A stretch of 64,000 bases of DNA from a virus (IMGVR_UViG_3300038345_000251:183248-247247); one strand, 5' to 3'. Positions 11,878-23,273 are shown, counted from the first letter of the stretch. Notes: generated by a model from the letters alone, not told the origin. Program-made: numbers and translations.

Positions 11878-12762
11878 ATGAGTGGGTTATACGGAACAAT
11901 ACGACCAAGTAACATTGATATAAATATAGATGTTGAAATGTTTTATCATTATAGACCAACAAGAGGTAGTGATGATGAGGATTTTTATAGTGGTTTTAAA
12001 AAACTTGATAATGTTAATTTAGTTAAGGCTAAATTAGGAGAAGGTGAAAAAAGTGGTACGGATATTTTAGGTTTATTTGAACTTAGATTACCTTTAGACA
12101 AGTTTAGTAGAAAAGGTTTTTATACTGTTTATATTAGACCAAAAGAAAACAATGTAAGGATTACAGATGTTAGTGTTTTAGCAGCATTTCCTGATGTAAA
12201 GGGTGTTGTTTTTAATTTAACTGATTTTTCTGGTTTAACAGATTTAACTGGATATAGAATTGATTATTATGATGCTAATAATAACAGAACAGATGTAAGT
12301 ACAATTATAACATCTTGTAATAGATGTGAACCTGTTTTGGTTACTGTATCAGATAGTTATCCTAAAGCAACACGTTACAGACTTACAGATACTGCATCAA
12401 ATCTTGTTTTCTGTACAGTAACACCATCAACAGCAAGTAGTTTTAAACCAGATGTTACACCTTTTATTGGTACACCTGGTGGTGAAGTTGTTGTTTCAAA
12501 TACAAAGTTTGACCCTAAAGTAATTGAAATTGAAATGGTTGAACATGATGCAGATACTCTTACATATATGGTTGAAGGAGACCAAGTGAGAAATCGTGAT
12601 AATGCTATTATTACAACATTTAATGAAGACCATGAAATTTATAAACAACAGGATTACTATACAGTAAAAGATGAACTTGGTAAAGCACATGTTGATGTTA
12701 AGAGAAACAGAGAATATATTGACCCAACACAAAGTTATGATAATACAATAGATAATGTTTAA
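11878..12762 (+). CDS. Putative virion structural protein
   Basis: 294-aa ORF in the structural operon; no motif recognised. Confidence 0.5.
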   Translation: MSGLYGTIRPSNIDINIDVEMFYHYRPTRGSDDEDFYSGFKKLDNVNLVKAKLGEGEKSGTDILGLFELRLPLDKFSRKGFYTVYIRPKENNVRITDVSVLAAFPDVKGVVFNLTDFSGLTDLTGYRIDYYDANNNRTDVSTIITSCNRCEPVLVTVSDSYPKATRYRLTDTASNLVFCTVTPSTASSFKPDVTPFIGTPGGEVVVSNTKFDPKVIEIEMVEHDADTLTYMVEGDQVRNRDNAIITTFNEDHEIYKQQDYYTVKDELGKAHVDVKRNREYIDPTQSYDNTIDNV

Positions 12763-12764
12763 TT

Positions 12765-15700
12765 ATGGCAAAATATAAAGTAAAATCAGATTATATTGCA
12801 CTTAATAAGGCTAAACAAAAAACAGCTAAAGGTGAGATTTTCGAAAGGGATATTATGACAATAAATCCCTTAGAAGATTTATTTACACCTGGTCAGGATG
12901 TCATACATTCTGATTCAAATTTTAAATTTAGTGTTAGAACTGACCAAGATAAATCAAAGAAACATACTAAAAACAGTTGGTTGTTAAACCCTGATGATGA
13001 AGAGGTATGGACACTTAGTGATGTTGATAGTTCACCTGTTTCTGATGAAACAGAAGTTAGAATTAAGCCTGATTATAGTTCATTAAGAGATTTTGCTTAT
13101 TATGGTTCTGCTGTTGAAATGATTAGAGCAACAGTAAATCATGTGATTAAATATTTCCCTGCTGAATTGTATTTTACTGGAGAAAAATTTGAAGAATTTG
13201 AAGGTGAAGGAGATTATTATCTTGTATCTAATCAGTTTGATATTGTTGTAGATGTTGATTATATTGATGAAACTAAAGTTGACAATCCATACAGATTTCT
13301 TTGTTTACATGCTGGTAATTATGATGTTTACAAAGATGGAAAGTATCAAATGAGTGGTACAACTAAAGGTAATTTTTCAGAAAATAAAGAATATGTTTGT
13401 GGAAATGGTATACTTGGAACTGTAACAATTACAGGTGGTACAGGTGGAAAAGTGTTTTCACTTACACAATATATGTACGAAGGTAAAAAATATCTTTTAT
13501 ATACAGATACAAGTTATAATGGATATAGTATTAGACCTTGTGATATTATTGTTAATGAATATTTTGGAACAATAGATGAGTTTGAATTTATTTTATTAAA
13601 TAGAAAAACAAAACCATTGTATAAAGCAGTGTTTGAAACACCTTTTGAAACAGATGAAGGTAATAAATATACAATGGAATCATATATATGGCCAAGTATT
13701 AATGATTGGAATCCATTGATTGATGGTATATCATATGAATCATATATTAACGCTTTGGTTAATTTAGCAATTTTCCACGATGAATATGATTCTAATATTA
13801 TATGGAGAATGCTCACCCATGAAGCAATTAAAAACTTGGATTGGACATTCTTAAGAAAAAATGAAGATACGGTTGAAGACCTTTCACAAATTGATTCATC
13901 AAAAATTGAAGCATTTATTCAGTTATATGGTAGACAGTTTGATGGTTTAAAACGATATATTGACACAATTAAATCAGTTAACAATGTTTCTTATGATGAG
14001 AAAAATAATTTACCTAATTATATGTTAACCGATGTTGTTGAATTAGGTGGTTTTGATGCTGTGTTACCAATAGCAATAGGTAAAACAGATGTTATGTCTG
14101 AACCATTATATAGTGCAAGAACAGAAGGATATTCGGAAGTTGATGCTAATAATTATTACATGAGAGTTTTAAAAATTAATGAACATTATCTTAATTCTAT
14201 TAAAGGAACACGTTTTGGTGTTGAGACAATTTTAAGGCTTCTTGGTATTAAACAAAATGAATATCAAATAAATGAATATGTTGCAGTGGCAAGTGGTGCA
14301 ACTAAATGTGAATTCAGTGATGAATTATCATTGGGTGATGCTTTTTATCCAAGAGCCACAAACTCAAAATATCCATCAGCAAAAGACGTTATTTCAATTA
14401 ATTTAAACAAAAGTGAAGCAACAATTGAAGAATATGATACATATTTTGATGGAATTGCAGTAAAAGCATTTAAAAGTATGTCTGAATCAGCAGTAACAGA
14501 TTATAATCCGTTAGGGGAATATTATTATGCAATTCCTTGGTATGAGAACGGAAAACACTACGATGGTGATTGGTATTTTCAATCAAAAGGTGGATGGGGA
14601 AAAACAGACAAAAAGAAAATAGAAAATAAAATATATCCAAGATTTGAAGTATATGATAGACAGACGTTAGAAAGTATTGGAAATGTTTGTTATAACACAC
14701 GTGATGAAGCATTAGAACATGTAACAGATGAAAGCACACAGAGTGTTCGTGAATGTAAAGTTGTTATTGACGGTGTTCCATTTATTTACGATGAATCAGA
14801 ATCATATCTCAAATTTGCAGAAAGTGTACAAGAATTAAAAGGATTTTTTAAATCTGAAGTTTATACTGATATGATATGTTATGTTACTGATATAACTGAT
14901 GTTGAAGAAACAGCAGATACTTCACATTATTTTGTCTTAATGAATGATGATAATATTGGCGTGATTGGTGATGAAGGATGGAAAAATATACCGATTTCTG
15001 AAATTAGAGAAGGAACAACTGATTTAGCAAAGAAAGTTCTTTATCTTGAAAATATTGTTGAAACAACCGAAGGTAATAATCCGCACATTAGTAATGGTTT
15101 TTATGATGATGGTATTGATTATCTTGAACATATGAATCAGATATTTAAATATCAACTTGAACAGGGTGATGAAGGACTTGTTAGATTTTCAGATACAGAT
15201 AAAAAGAAAATATCAGATTGTTATATTTTTGGAATCAGTAATAAATATGAAGATTTAATAAGGGATAATAGAAAATGTGACTATTATTATAATCCATTAA
15301 TAGTACCAAGTAGTGCAATTACTTTATGTTCAGGTACTACATCTGGAAGTTCTGTAGTAAATGAACAACAAAAGATAAAACAAGGGTTAATTTCAGATGT
15401 TTATAGTGCTGATACAACGGACGTTAAAATATATGATAACATTTCTGGAGAAACAGATAATAGTTATTATTCAGGTATAACATATGCGATAAATCCTGAA
15501 AAATCTAGTGGTGGAGAAAATGATGAACCAGCAGCAAATTCTGTTATTAATGTTAAGAACGTTGAAATTAAGTTTATAAATAAACCTAAAATTAAAAAGA
15601 AGGATGGAACATTTGTTAATACAGATTCTTTGAGCGATTATTGGCAAACATATATTACTGATGTTGTTATGAACTATGTGAAACAAATGTTACCATCAAC

Positions 15701-15884
15701 AACAATCTTTAAATGGTGGTTTACTGATAAATTAGGTATTAATGATGCACCAGATACACCAGTAGAAAATAAATATATTTACTTTAACCCAAGTAATAAG
15801 CATGTTAATGCTAATGATACATTTGCAGATACAACACTTTATACTAATTATACTAATTATGATATTATAAAAGATTGGGAATAA
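12765..15884 (+). CDS. Putative baseplate wedge/tail protein
   Basis: 1039 aa; LNSIKGTRFGVETILRLLG resembles the KGT..G/SI motif of P2 gpI-like baseplate proteins; ends in half of a BACON-like repeat. Confidence 0.5.
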   Translation: MAKYKVKSDYIALNKAKQKTAKGEIFERDIMTINPLEDLFTPGQDVIHSDSNFKFSVRTDQDKSKKHTKNSWLLNPDDEEVWTLSDVDSSPVSDETEVRIKPDYSSLRDFAYYGSAVEMIRATVNHVIKYFPAELYFTGEKFEEFEGEGDYYLVSNQFDIVVDVDYIDETKVDNPYRFLCLHAGNYDVYKDGKYQMSGTTKGNFSENKEYVCGNGILGTVTITGGTGGKVFSLTQYMYEGKKYLLYTDTSYNGYSIRPCDIIVNEYFGTIDEFEFILLNRKTKPLYKAVFETPFETDEGNKYTMESYIWPSINDWNPLIDGISYESYINALVNLAIFHDEYDSNIIWRMLTHEAIKNLDWTFLRKNEDTVEDLSQIDSSKIEAFIQLYGRQFDGLKRYIDTIKSVNNVSYDEKNNLPNYMLTDVVELGGFDAVLPIAIGKTDVMSEPLYSARTEGYSEVDANNYYMRVLKINEHYLNSIKGTRFGVETILRLLGIKQNEYQINEYVAVASGATKCEFSDELSLGDAFYPRATNSKYPSAKDVISINLNKSEATIEEYDTYFDGIAVKAFKSMSESAVTDYNPLGEYYYAIPWYENGKHYDGDWYFQSKGGWGKTDKKKIENKIYPRFEVYDRQTLESIGNVCYNTRDEALEHVTDESTQSVRECKVVIDGVPFIYDESESYLKFAESVQELKGFFKSEVYTDMICYVTDITDVEETADTSHYFVLMNDDNIGVIGDEGWKNIPISEIREGTTDLAKKVLYLENIVETTEGNNPHISNGFYDDGIDYLEHMNQIFKYQLEQGDEGLVRFSDTDKKKISDCYIFGISNKYEDLIRDNRKCDYYYNPLIVPSSAITLCSGTTSGSSVVNEQQKIKQGLISDVYSADTTDVKIYDNISGETDNSYYSGITYAINPEKSSGGENDEPAANSVINVKNVEIKFINKPKIKKKDGTFVNTDSLSDYWQTYITDVVMNYVKQMLPSTTIFKWWFTDKLGINDAPDTPVENKYIYFNPSNKHVNANDTFADTTLYTNYTNYDIIKDWE

Positions 15885-15885
15885 T

Positions 15886-18800
15886 ATGAAGAATTTTAGA
15901 TTTAGATTTCCTGTTAATACAAGTGATAGTGCAATAACACGTTATGTAAGTGCTGTCACAACAGATAATATTGCTGTATTTACTATCATTCAGGCTGAAG
16001 CACCACAAAAAGATTTTAAGTGGAATAGTAGCAATAGTAGCGCAATAACAGAAAACATTGCTTATAATATTAGACGTATTGAAGAACATTATACAATTAA
16101 TGGATATAGACTTTCTGAATTAACTATTACTTGTGATACGGCTGGTTGTACAGGTAGATTTGATTCATTAGGTGAGTTTCTTGCAACGGTACCAGTAAAT
16201 AACAGTACAGAAGAAACAAAAACCATTAATTATGAAATAAAATATAGTGATACAGTTATTGCAACATTAACAGTTGAACAAGGTAAAAGACCTGAAGCAA
16301 AATATTTTTGGATTGTTTCATCTGGAAATACAGCATATACTTCTGACTTACTTGAAGCAAATGTAACTTCTTGTACTGTTCCATATTTATCAAATTATAA
16401 TGCAACTGATTTAAACAATTTAACAAGTGCTGCTTCTCAAACATGGATAACTTCTATTAGTATTAATGATGGAAATGTTACTGTAACAATTAATCCCAAT
16501 AATACAACAGTAGATAGAAATGGTTATGTTAATATCAAAAGTGGTATTACAACAATTGCTAAAATAACAGTTAAACAGAAAGGTATTGGTAAAAGTTTTA
16601 TTTGGAATTCTAATAATAGTGATATACTTACTGTTACAGCAACTACACCAACCGTTAGTGAGGCATATACTACAAATTATACTAACTTAACAGTTATGTA
16701 CACTAATAAAGTAAGTAGTGCACAACTTTCAGCAACACAAGGTAGTGGTACTGCAACTGCAATAATGAATGAAAATACTGAGAGTGGTGTTGTAGAATCT
16801 TATCTTACTGTATTAAGTAATGGTACACAATGTGGATTGTTAAGAATTATACAAAATGCAGGGGAAACCAAATATTTTTACTTTAATACCAATAGTGCAA
16901 CAACAATTGATTTACCAGAATTCATTGCAAATGCATCGTATACTACAAGTTCACCTTTTGAAGTGACAGTATATACAAATTATACAACAAGTGAACTTAG
17001 ATGTGATATTGGTGGATTTGTTGATAGTGCTACTATTAGTAATATTAGTGGTAATCAAGGAAAAGTACAAATAACTTTTGGTGTAAATACAGGTGTTGAA
17101 AGAAACGGTATTGTTAAAGTATATAAAAACGGAACAGATACAGTTTTAGGTACAATAAATCTTAAACAGAAAGGTGTTACTGCTAAGTATTTTTATTGGA
17201 TTGATGGAACAAATAGTGCTACAACAATTATGATTGAAGAAACAGCAGCGACAGCAACAGCACATGACGTAACATATATAACAAATTATCCTGAACTTTC
17301 ATTGACTTCTGAATATTTCGGAAGTGTTGTAACAGGTTTTACGCCAACATCGTTAACTGAAACAGAAGTTGTACAAACATTACACATTGAATTTACTCCA
17401 AATGTTAGTATAACAATAAATCAAACAGATACAATTTATGTTAAGGATGGAAACAATGTTGTCGGTATGATTAACTTGTTACAATATCCAAAAGGTTCTA
17501 CAAATGATTGGTTTAAATGGGTTATTAACGGTGAAAACGTATATAATCTACCAGGTTATGTATCTAAAGATGGTTATGACATAGAATTTGAATATGAAAC
17601 AAATGTTGAAGGATTATCATTCTATTGTGACCATCAGGATTGGTTTGATGAAGGTGAAACACCACATATAAAAGAAGATGGTGGGAAATATTATTGTAAG
17701 GCTAAACTTACACAAAATGCAGAGGAAGATGTACGTAATGTTGTTATTTTAGCACAAAAAGGTTCTGAAACTGTTGGTAGATTGACAATGAAACAAGATG
17801 TGACTGTTGCTGAACCATATATTTGGATTGTTTCAACAGGAAATACAGGTGCAACGTATGAATCACCATATACTGCTAACTCATCAGGCTTTACTATTTT
17901 AACAAATTATAATCAAAGTAAATTGAATAGTTTAAGTGTTGTTAAAATAGATGATGTTAATTGGATAACTAATGTTAATCTCTCAAAGGGTACACCACCA
18001 GCAGGTGGATTAAGATTTAACATACTTAGAAATGATGATAAAGATAATGGAAGAACAGGCATTATTTCTGTTTTAAGTCCTGAAGATGTTGAATTGTTAA
18101 GGGTTACAATAAACCAAGAAGCAAATAACGATAAAGACTTTAAATGGACAGCAGGTTCAATTACTGCTAATACAGCAACAACAATGACTTCTGATTCAGG
18201 TGAAAGTAATGTAACTGTTACATATGAAACTGATTATGAAAATCTTAGTGTTACTGTAGATGAAGCATATCCTTGGGTTAAAAATGCTACTGTAGATACT
18301 GCAAATAATGCTGTTACATATCATTTGGATGTTTATAGTGACCCATCATATAACCCATTACGAGGTGTTGATGCAATTAAGTTATATAGTGGTACTAAAC
18401 TTATTGGTAGAATAACAGTTGTACAAGAACCTGCACCTGAACCAGATAAATACTTTAGATTTAAATATAACGGTGAAGAAACAGAGGCATCAACACTTGA
18501 AATTAGTAATGTTCCTGCAACACTTACTGACCAAACAAGACAGTTTACCGTAAGTGCTTTAACTAACTATGCAGCATCTATCTTTAATCTTGAAGTTGAT
18601 AGTAGTTTAGGTAGTGGTTGGTTAACAAATGTAAATAAAGGTAATGTAGATACAACAGGATTTACAATTACTTTTGATGTTGGAAATAATACAGGTGATG
18701 AAAGAACTGGTTATATTTATCTTAAGAAAAATGGTTCTGTATATCGTACTATTAAAGTCATACAAAGAGAAATGACATATGAGTTCAGTTGGGTACAAGG

Positions 18801-21800
18801 TTCTATTGAAACAAGTAAGTCTATTGGCCCAGTTGGTACAGGTGCAACAAGTGAAACAGTACCTTTTTACAGCACATATCCAAATATAACAATTGATAAT
18901 CCAAGTCAGAATGGTATTAGTTGTTATATGAATGGCACAAGTGCTGTACGTTATTCAACAACACAACGTGGAGCAACTGAATATGATATTAGGTCAGCAA
19001 CTTTTAATTTAATGAGTAATGGAAGAACAATTGGTACGTTAACCGTTAGACAAGAAGGACAAGTTGCACCTCTTAAATTTCAATGGGATAATGGTACTAA
19101 TTATAAAGAAATTACTATAGATTATAACAGAGAAACATTAAATGAGGCTTATACACGTGAACCAAATGATAATACTTATTTACTTGGACTTTTTGCTGAT
19201 ACAAACAATCCACAAGGTATGGCAGGAACGATGCATTTATGGTCAACAGATGTTAGTATATCAATTAATGAATTTTCTGCTGAAGCAAGTCAAAATAGAA
19301 GAGCAGTATTTTATGTAAAAGCAAGTGATAGTGGTGAACCAACAATGGACTCACCAACGTATGGTACACTTGTTGTTAATCAAACACCAAAGCCATATTT
19401 CTATTGGGGTACAGGTACTGAAACAGCAACAACAATGACAATACCAGTAACAGGTGCATTAGGAACAGGACAAAGTGTTACTTTTAGAACAAATTATACA
19501 TCTTTAACGGCTGATGATGTACAAAATAATATTTTCTTAGGAAGAAGTTTAAATCTTGGTACTAAAAAGTTTTCTGTTATAGCGAATCCGAATGAAACTA
19601 TTGCAGAAAAAAGTCAAACTTTTAAGATATATAATAATGGTAATGAAGTTGGTAGAATTGCAGTTACTCAAACAGGTGCTGACCCTGTATTTAAATGGAC
19701 AAGTGGTGGTGGTGTAACAGGTGGAACAGCAACAACTATTAGTAATCTTGCTGTTGGTGGTGCATCAGTTAATGCTGCATACATGAACAATTATCTTAAT
19801 GTACAACTTGTTACAGCAGGAACACCATCTTGGATAACCAATGCTAAAGTAAATTCAACAACAGGTAATAGTGAGTTTAGTTGTACTATTGGAAGCAGTG
19901 ATGAAATAACAGCAAGAACATATACATTTACAATTTGTGGACAAACGAACAATTATTCAACTTCAAGACAAGTAATTGGTAATATTACTGTTTCACAAAC
20001 AGCAGCAGCACCTCGTTTCAAATGGGTTAATTCACAACAAGTTAATGATTCTGGTTCAACAACCGATACAGGTATTTCTTGGAGTACTGAATATTATTAC
20101 GATACAAACTATAGTGGAATAACTTGTTCAGTTAGTTCAGACCCTAATACTTTAGTTAGTAGTGCTTCAGTAAGTAGAAGTGATGGTAGTGGTTATTTGC
20201 ATATTTTAACAAAAACAAATGATACACAAAATTCTAAAGTTTGTATTATAGATATTAAATCAAATGGTTCAACGCTTGGACAATTCTCATTTGAACAAGC
20301 AGCACCTTCTCCTTATTTCCATTGGGGTACAGGGACACAAACAAATAGTGGTGCTACTATTGCTGCAACAGCCACCACTATATCTACACTTGGTATTAGA
20401 TATGAGACAAATTATACAGATTTAAGTTTAGTTTTAACAGGTGGTACTGATTTTATAACCAATTATAGTTTTGGAACTATTAGTTATTTTAATATTACTG
20501 CAACAACAAATACTGGTTCAGAAACACCACGTGAAGGAAGATATGATGTATATGGTAAATGGAATGGAACTAATACAAAAATAGGTACTTTTACACTTAC
20601 ACAAAGTGCAGATAAAGTTTTTAAATGGAATGCTAATAATAGTGACACATATTCAATAGAACTTGATTGGGATGATACAAATATTAGTGAAGCATATACA
20701 AATACATACTCATTAAGAAGTACAGTATATTCTTCAGCAACAGCAACTTGGATTTCTGGTAAAAATTTATCATCACTAACAGGTAATGGTACTTTTAGTG
20801 CAACAATAACAGAAAACACTACAGGTGCTGACAGAACTGTTGAATTATATATAAGAACTGCTACAACAGCATTTTCAACTGTTGGTACACTTAGAGTTAC
20901 ACAAAAGAAACAAACAGTTTCAGATTCATTTTCATGGAATTCATCAACTGTTGTTACAGCAACAACAGGTACAAATATTACTACAGCAGGTACACAACAA
21001 ACACAGAATTATTATGTTACAGGTTATTCACCATCAAATTTAACAGTTAGTGATAGTGAAAGTTGGTTATGGTGTAGTATTGATAGTACTAAAGTTAGTT
21101 ATAGTGCACAAACACAAAGTGAAGGAGCTGCAAGTAGAACAGGTACAATTACAGTTAAAAATGGTTCAACAACCATAGGTGTATTGACAGTTACACAGGA
21201 TGCTAGGTCACAATCATGGGCATTATCAGTATCTCCAACAACATCAACTGTAGATACTACAGGTGGAACTGTTTCAATATCAGTAACATCTAATCAGTCA
21301 TGGACAGGTAATAGTAATCAATCATGGGCAACAATATCTCCAACAACAGGTTCTAATAATGGTTCAGTAACAGTTACAGTTACAGCAAATACAGGAAGTG
21401 AAAGAACAGCAAAAATTACATTTACAGGTGCTCATGGACAAACAGCAAGTGTAACAATAACACAAAATGAATATGTAGAACCTAAATACTTTAGATGGCG
21501 TAGTAATAACACTACAGCAATGACTGCAAGTACTGTTGAATTTTTAGGTGGTGATATTAGTGAATCTTTTGAAACTAATTATTCACTTAGTGCAACAACA
21601 GCGGCTACTTGGGTAACCAGTAGAAATTTAACTACAACATCGTTCAGTGCTGTGATAGATGAAAATAATAGTACTACAGGTACAGGTAGGACAACAACAG
21701 TATCAATTAGAACTGGAAGTACATCAACAAGTGAAGTTGGTAGGTTAACCATTAATCAGGAAAAAAGACCATCAGCATATGTTGTAATTGTTTCTTCACA

Positions 21801-22140
21801 AAATTATTTTAATATTACATGTTCTGAAGGTGATGCTGCCTTGGTTATGCTTAAAAAAGTAGATTTTGTATGTGATAGTACTACAGCTGAAACAATTAAT
21901 TTAAATGAAGAAATTTCTATAGGTGAGACAACACAACCAATATATCTTAAGAATCCGAATGATACATTGTTTACTTTTAGTACAAATCCAAATAATAAAA
22001 CAATAAAAGCAATTCTTACTTATACAGTTGATAATGTACAAAGAACATTAGAACTATCAACAACAATAACAACATCTACAACTAATAGAACATTTGAATA
22101 TCATCCTGATAATTTTGAATTTAAAGCTTATCTTAATTAA
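15886..22140 (+). CDS. Giant tandem BACON-like repeat protein (fibre/adhesin)
   Basis: 2084 aa, Thr/Ser-rich, about 20 divergent ~95-100-aa repeats (F.W...Y.TNY...W...N....R......G.I.V.Q), including a canonical SVTSNQSW...SWATISP...ANTGSERTAKITF unit. Confidence 0.8.
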   Translation: MKNFRFRFPVNTSDSAITRYVSAVTTDNIAVFTIIQAEAPQKDFKWNSSNSSAITENIAYNIRRIEEHYTINGYRLSELTITCDTAGCTGRFDSLGEFLATVPVNNSTEETKTINYEIKYSDTVIATLTVEQGKRPEAKYFWIVSSGNTAYTSDLLEANVTSCTVPYLSNYNATDLNNLTSAASQTWITSISINDGNVTVTINPNNTTVDRNGYVNIKSGITTIAKITVKQKGIGKSFIWNSNNSDILTVTATTPTVSEAYTTNYTNLTVMYTNKVSSAQLSATQGSGTATAIMNENTESGVVESYLTVLSNGTQCGLLRIIQNAGETKYFYFNTNSATTIDLPEFIANASYTTSSPFEVTVYTNYTTSELRCDIGGFVDSATISNISGNQGKVQITFGVNTGVERNGIVKVYKNGTDTVLGTINLKQKGVTAKYFYWIDGTNSATTIMIEETAATATAHDVTYITNYPELSLTSEYFGSVVTGFTPTSLTETEVVQTLHIEFTPNVSITINQTDTIYVKDGNNVVGMINLLQYPKGSTNDWFKWVINGENVYNLPGYVSKDGYDIEFEYETNVEGLSFYCDHQDWFDEGETPHIKEDGGKYYCKAKLTQNAEEDVRNVVILAQKGSETVGRLTMKQDVTVAEPYIWIVSTGNTGATYESPYTANSSGFTILTNYNQSKLNSLSVVKIDDVNWITNVNLSKGTPPAGGLRFNILRNDDKDNGRTGIISVLSPEDVELLRVTINQEANNDKDFKWTAGSITANTATTMTSDSGESNVTVTYETDYENLSVTVDEAYPWVKNATVDTANNAVTYHLDVYSDPSYNPLRGVDAIKLYSGTKLIGRITVVQEPAPEPDKYFRFKYNGEETEASTLEISNVPATLTDQTRQFTVSALTNYAASIFNLEVDSSLGSGWLTNVNKGNVDTTGFTITFDVGNNTGDERTGYIYLKKNGSVYRTIKVIQREMTYEFSWVQGSIETSKSIGPVGTGATSETVPFYSTYPNITIDNPSQNGISCYMNGTSAVRYSTTQRGATEYDIRSATFNLMSNGRTIGTLTVRQEGQVAPLKFQWDNGTNYKEITIDYNRETLNEAYTREPNDNTYLLGLFADTNNPQGMAGTMHLWSTDVSISINEFSAEASQNRRAVFYVKASDSGEPTMDSPTYGTLVVNQTPKPYFYWGTGTETATTMTIPVTGALGTGQSVTFRTNYTSLTADDVQNNIFLGRSLNLGTKKFSVIANPNETIAEKSQTFKIYNNGNEVGRIAVTQTGADPVFKWTSGGGVTGGTATTISNLAVGGASVNAAYMNNYLNVQLVTAGTPSWITNAKVNSTTGNSEFSCTIGSSDEITARTYTFTICGQTNNYSTSRQVIGNITVSQTAAAPRFKWVNSQQVNDSGSTTDTGISWSTEYYYDTNYSGITCSVSSDPNTLVSSASVSRSDGSGYLHILTKTNDTQNSKVCIIDIKSNGSTLGQFSFEQAAPSPYFHWGTGTQTNSGATIAATATTISTLGIRYETNYTDLSLVLTGGTDFITNYSFGTISYFNITATTNTGSETPREGRYDVYGKWNGTNTKIGTFTLTQSADKVFKWNANNSDTYSIELDWDDTNISEAYTNTYSLRSTVYSSATATWISGKNLSSLTGNGTFSATITENTTGADRTVELYIRTATTAFSTVGTLRVTQKKQTVSDSFSWNSSTVVTATTGTNITTAGTQQTQNYYVTGYSPSNLTVSDSESWLWCSIDSTKVSYSAQTQSEGAASRTGTITVKNGSTTIGVLTVTQDARSQSWALSVSPTTSTVDTTGGTVSISVTSNQSWTGNSNQSWATISPTTGSNNGSVTVTVTANTGSERTAKITFTGAHGQTASVTITQNEYVEPKYFRWRSNNTTAMTASTVEFLGGDISESFETNYSLSATTAATWVTSRNLTTTSFSAVIDENNSTTGTGRTTTVSIRTGSTSTSEVGRLTINQEKRPSAYVVIVSSQNYFNITCSEGDAALVMLKKVDFVCDSTTAETINLNEEISIGETTQPIYLKNPNDTLFTFSTNPNNKTIKAILTYTVDNVQRTLELSTTITTSTTNRTFEYHPDNFEFKAYLN

Positions 22141-22141
22141 T

Positions 22142-22171
22142 AAAAAGGTGAGTAGTTTTACTCACCTTTTT
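22142..22171. terminator. Bidirectional intrinsic terminator
   Basis: aaaaaggtgagta-gttt-tactcaccttttt perfect hairpin between convergent genes. Confidence 0.85.
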
Positions 22172-22637
22172 GTTTCTTACATTTCTTAAGTGCTTTTTCA
22201 GCCTTTTGTCTTTCTTTTTCTTCTCGTTTCTTATCTTCAATTTGTTGAATTGTCAATTGTCCAAGAAGTGCTGTATCAATTGCAACTTTTTCATATTTCT
22301 GATAAAATCCTACAGGTACGGAAATCATTGGGCATCCGATAAGGATTTTATCTTTTTCTGAATCGAATGATACCTGGTCAAGTGCCATACTAAGCCACAT
22401 ATATTTAGTCTTATCATCAACTAAATCAAATGCTTCTGCATAGATAAAAACAAGAATCAAATCATCACGATTACTAAGATACTCAGCGATTGCTGATGCT
22501 TTTGAAATTGTTACAACTTCTTTTGCTTTTGCAACATAGAGTGCTTCAAACTCCATAAACTGGTCAAGACCACGTTCTGATGCAATGTCACGTACCATAT
22601 TTTGTACATCATCTTCACATCTACTATATTTTGCCAT
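22158..22637 (-). CDS. Hypothetical protein, weakly like putative phage metallopeptidase fold
   Basis: 159 aa; no intact HExxH. Confidence 0.4.
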   Translation of the reverse strand: MAKYSRCEDDVQNMVRDIASERGLDQFMEFEALYVAKAKEVVTISKASAIAEYLSNRDDLILVFIYAEAFDLVDDKTKYMWLSMALDQVSFDSEKDKILIGCPMISVPVGFYQKYEKVAIDTALLGQLTIQQIEDKKREEKERQKAEKALKKCKKQKGE

Positions 22638-22651
22638 ATTATATAAATTAT

Positions 22652-22927
22652 TTAAAACGTTATTGTTCCTTCAATATCACCCCAAGTACTTTGTTCTATA
22701 TATCCACCATATTGTGAATACATATGCTTTTTTATTGCTTCTTCTGCTTGTTCTGGTGTATCATAATATCCAATACAAGTATCAGTTGGGTAAGCACCGT
22801 GTGGATTAATCCAAGCAATGTACACAGTTTTCCAAGGGTCATGTTTTGTTGCAGTATATGCAACTGATTCTTCAGGTTGCCATTCTAATGGTGATTTACC
22901 TGGTATTTCTTTAATTACTTTTTTCAT
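22652..22927 (-). CDS. Hypothetical protein
   Basis: 91-aa ORF overlapping the upstream gene in a minus-strand operon. Confidence 0.55.
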   Translation of the reverse strand: MKKVIKEIPGKSPLEWQPEESVAYTATKHDPWKTVYIAWINPHGAYPTDTCIGYYDTPEQAEEAIKKHMYSQYGGYIEQSTWGDIEGTITF

Positions 22928-23273
22928 AATATGTTATGTATTTAAATCCACGAAATCCGTTACAAGGAATTGGTTGTTTTAGATAATGGAATGGTCCACT
23001 TCTTTGTATAAAACCACCTTTCCAATCTTTTCCTGTTGTTGTGCAAGTAAATTCTCCTTTATATATACCAACAAATGTTTGCCATCCAATAATTTGTCCA
23101 TTATAACAAAGATATACTCTATTTCCTTTACTTAATTTTGTTGGAACATTTGCTACTTTGAAATTCATTACTTGTGACCAATCAGCAACAGCATCAAGTT
23201 CTTTTTTATACTCTTCCCAATCAGTTGTTTTTGGGATAGTTATAACGATACCTGTCTTTGCTATTTTTCCCAT
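22911..23273 (-). CDS. Hypothetical protein, possible ASCH/PUA-like domain
   Basis: G.RVYLC..GQIIG core and PIP..GFRGF.Y tail resemble ASCH/EVE proteins. Confidence 0.4.
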   Translation of the reverse strand: MGKIAKTGIVITIPKTTDWEEYKKELDAVADWSQVMNFKVANVPTKLSKGNRVYLCYNGQIIGWQTFVGIYKGEFTCTTTGKDWKGGFIQRSGPFHYLKQPIPCNGFRGFKYITYYEKSN

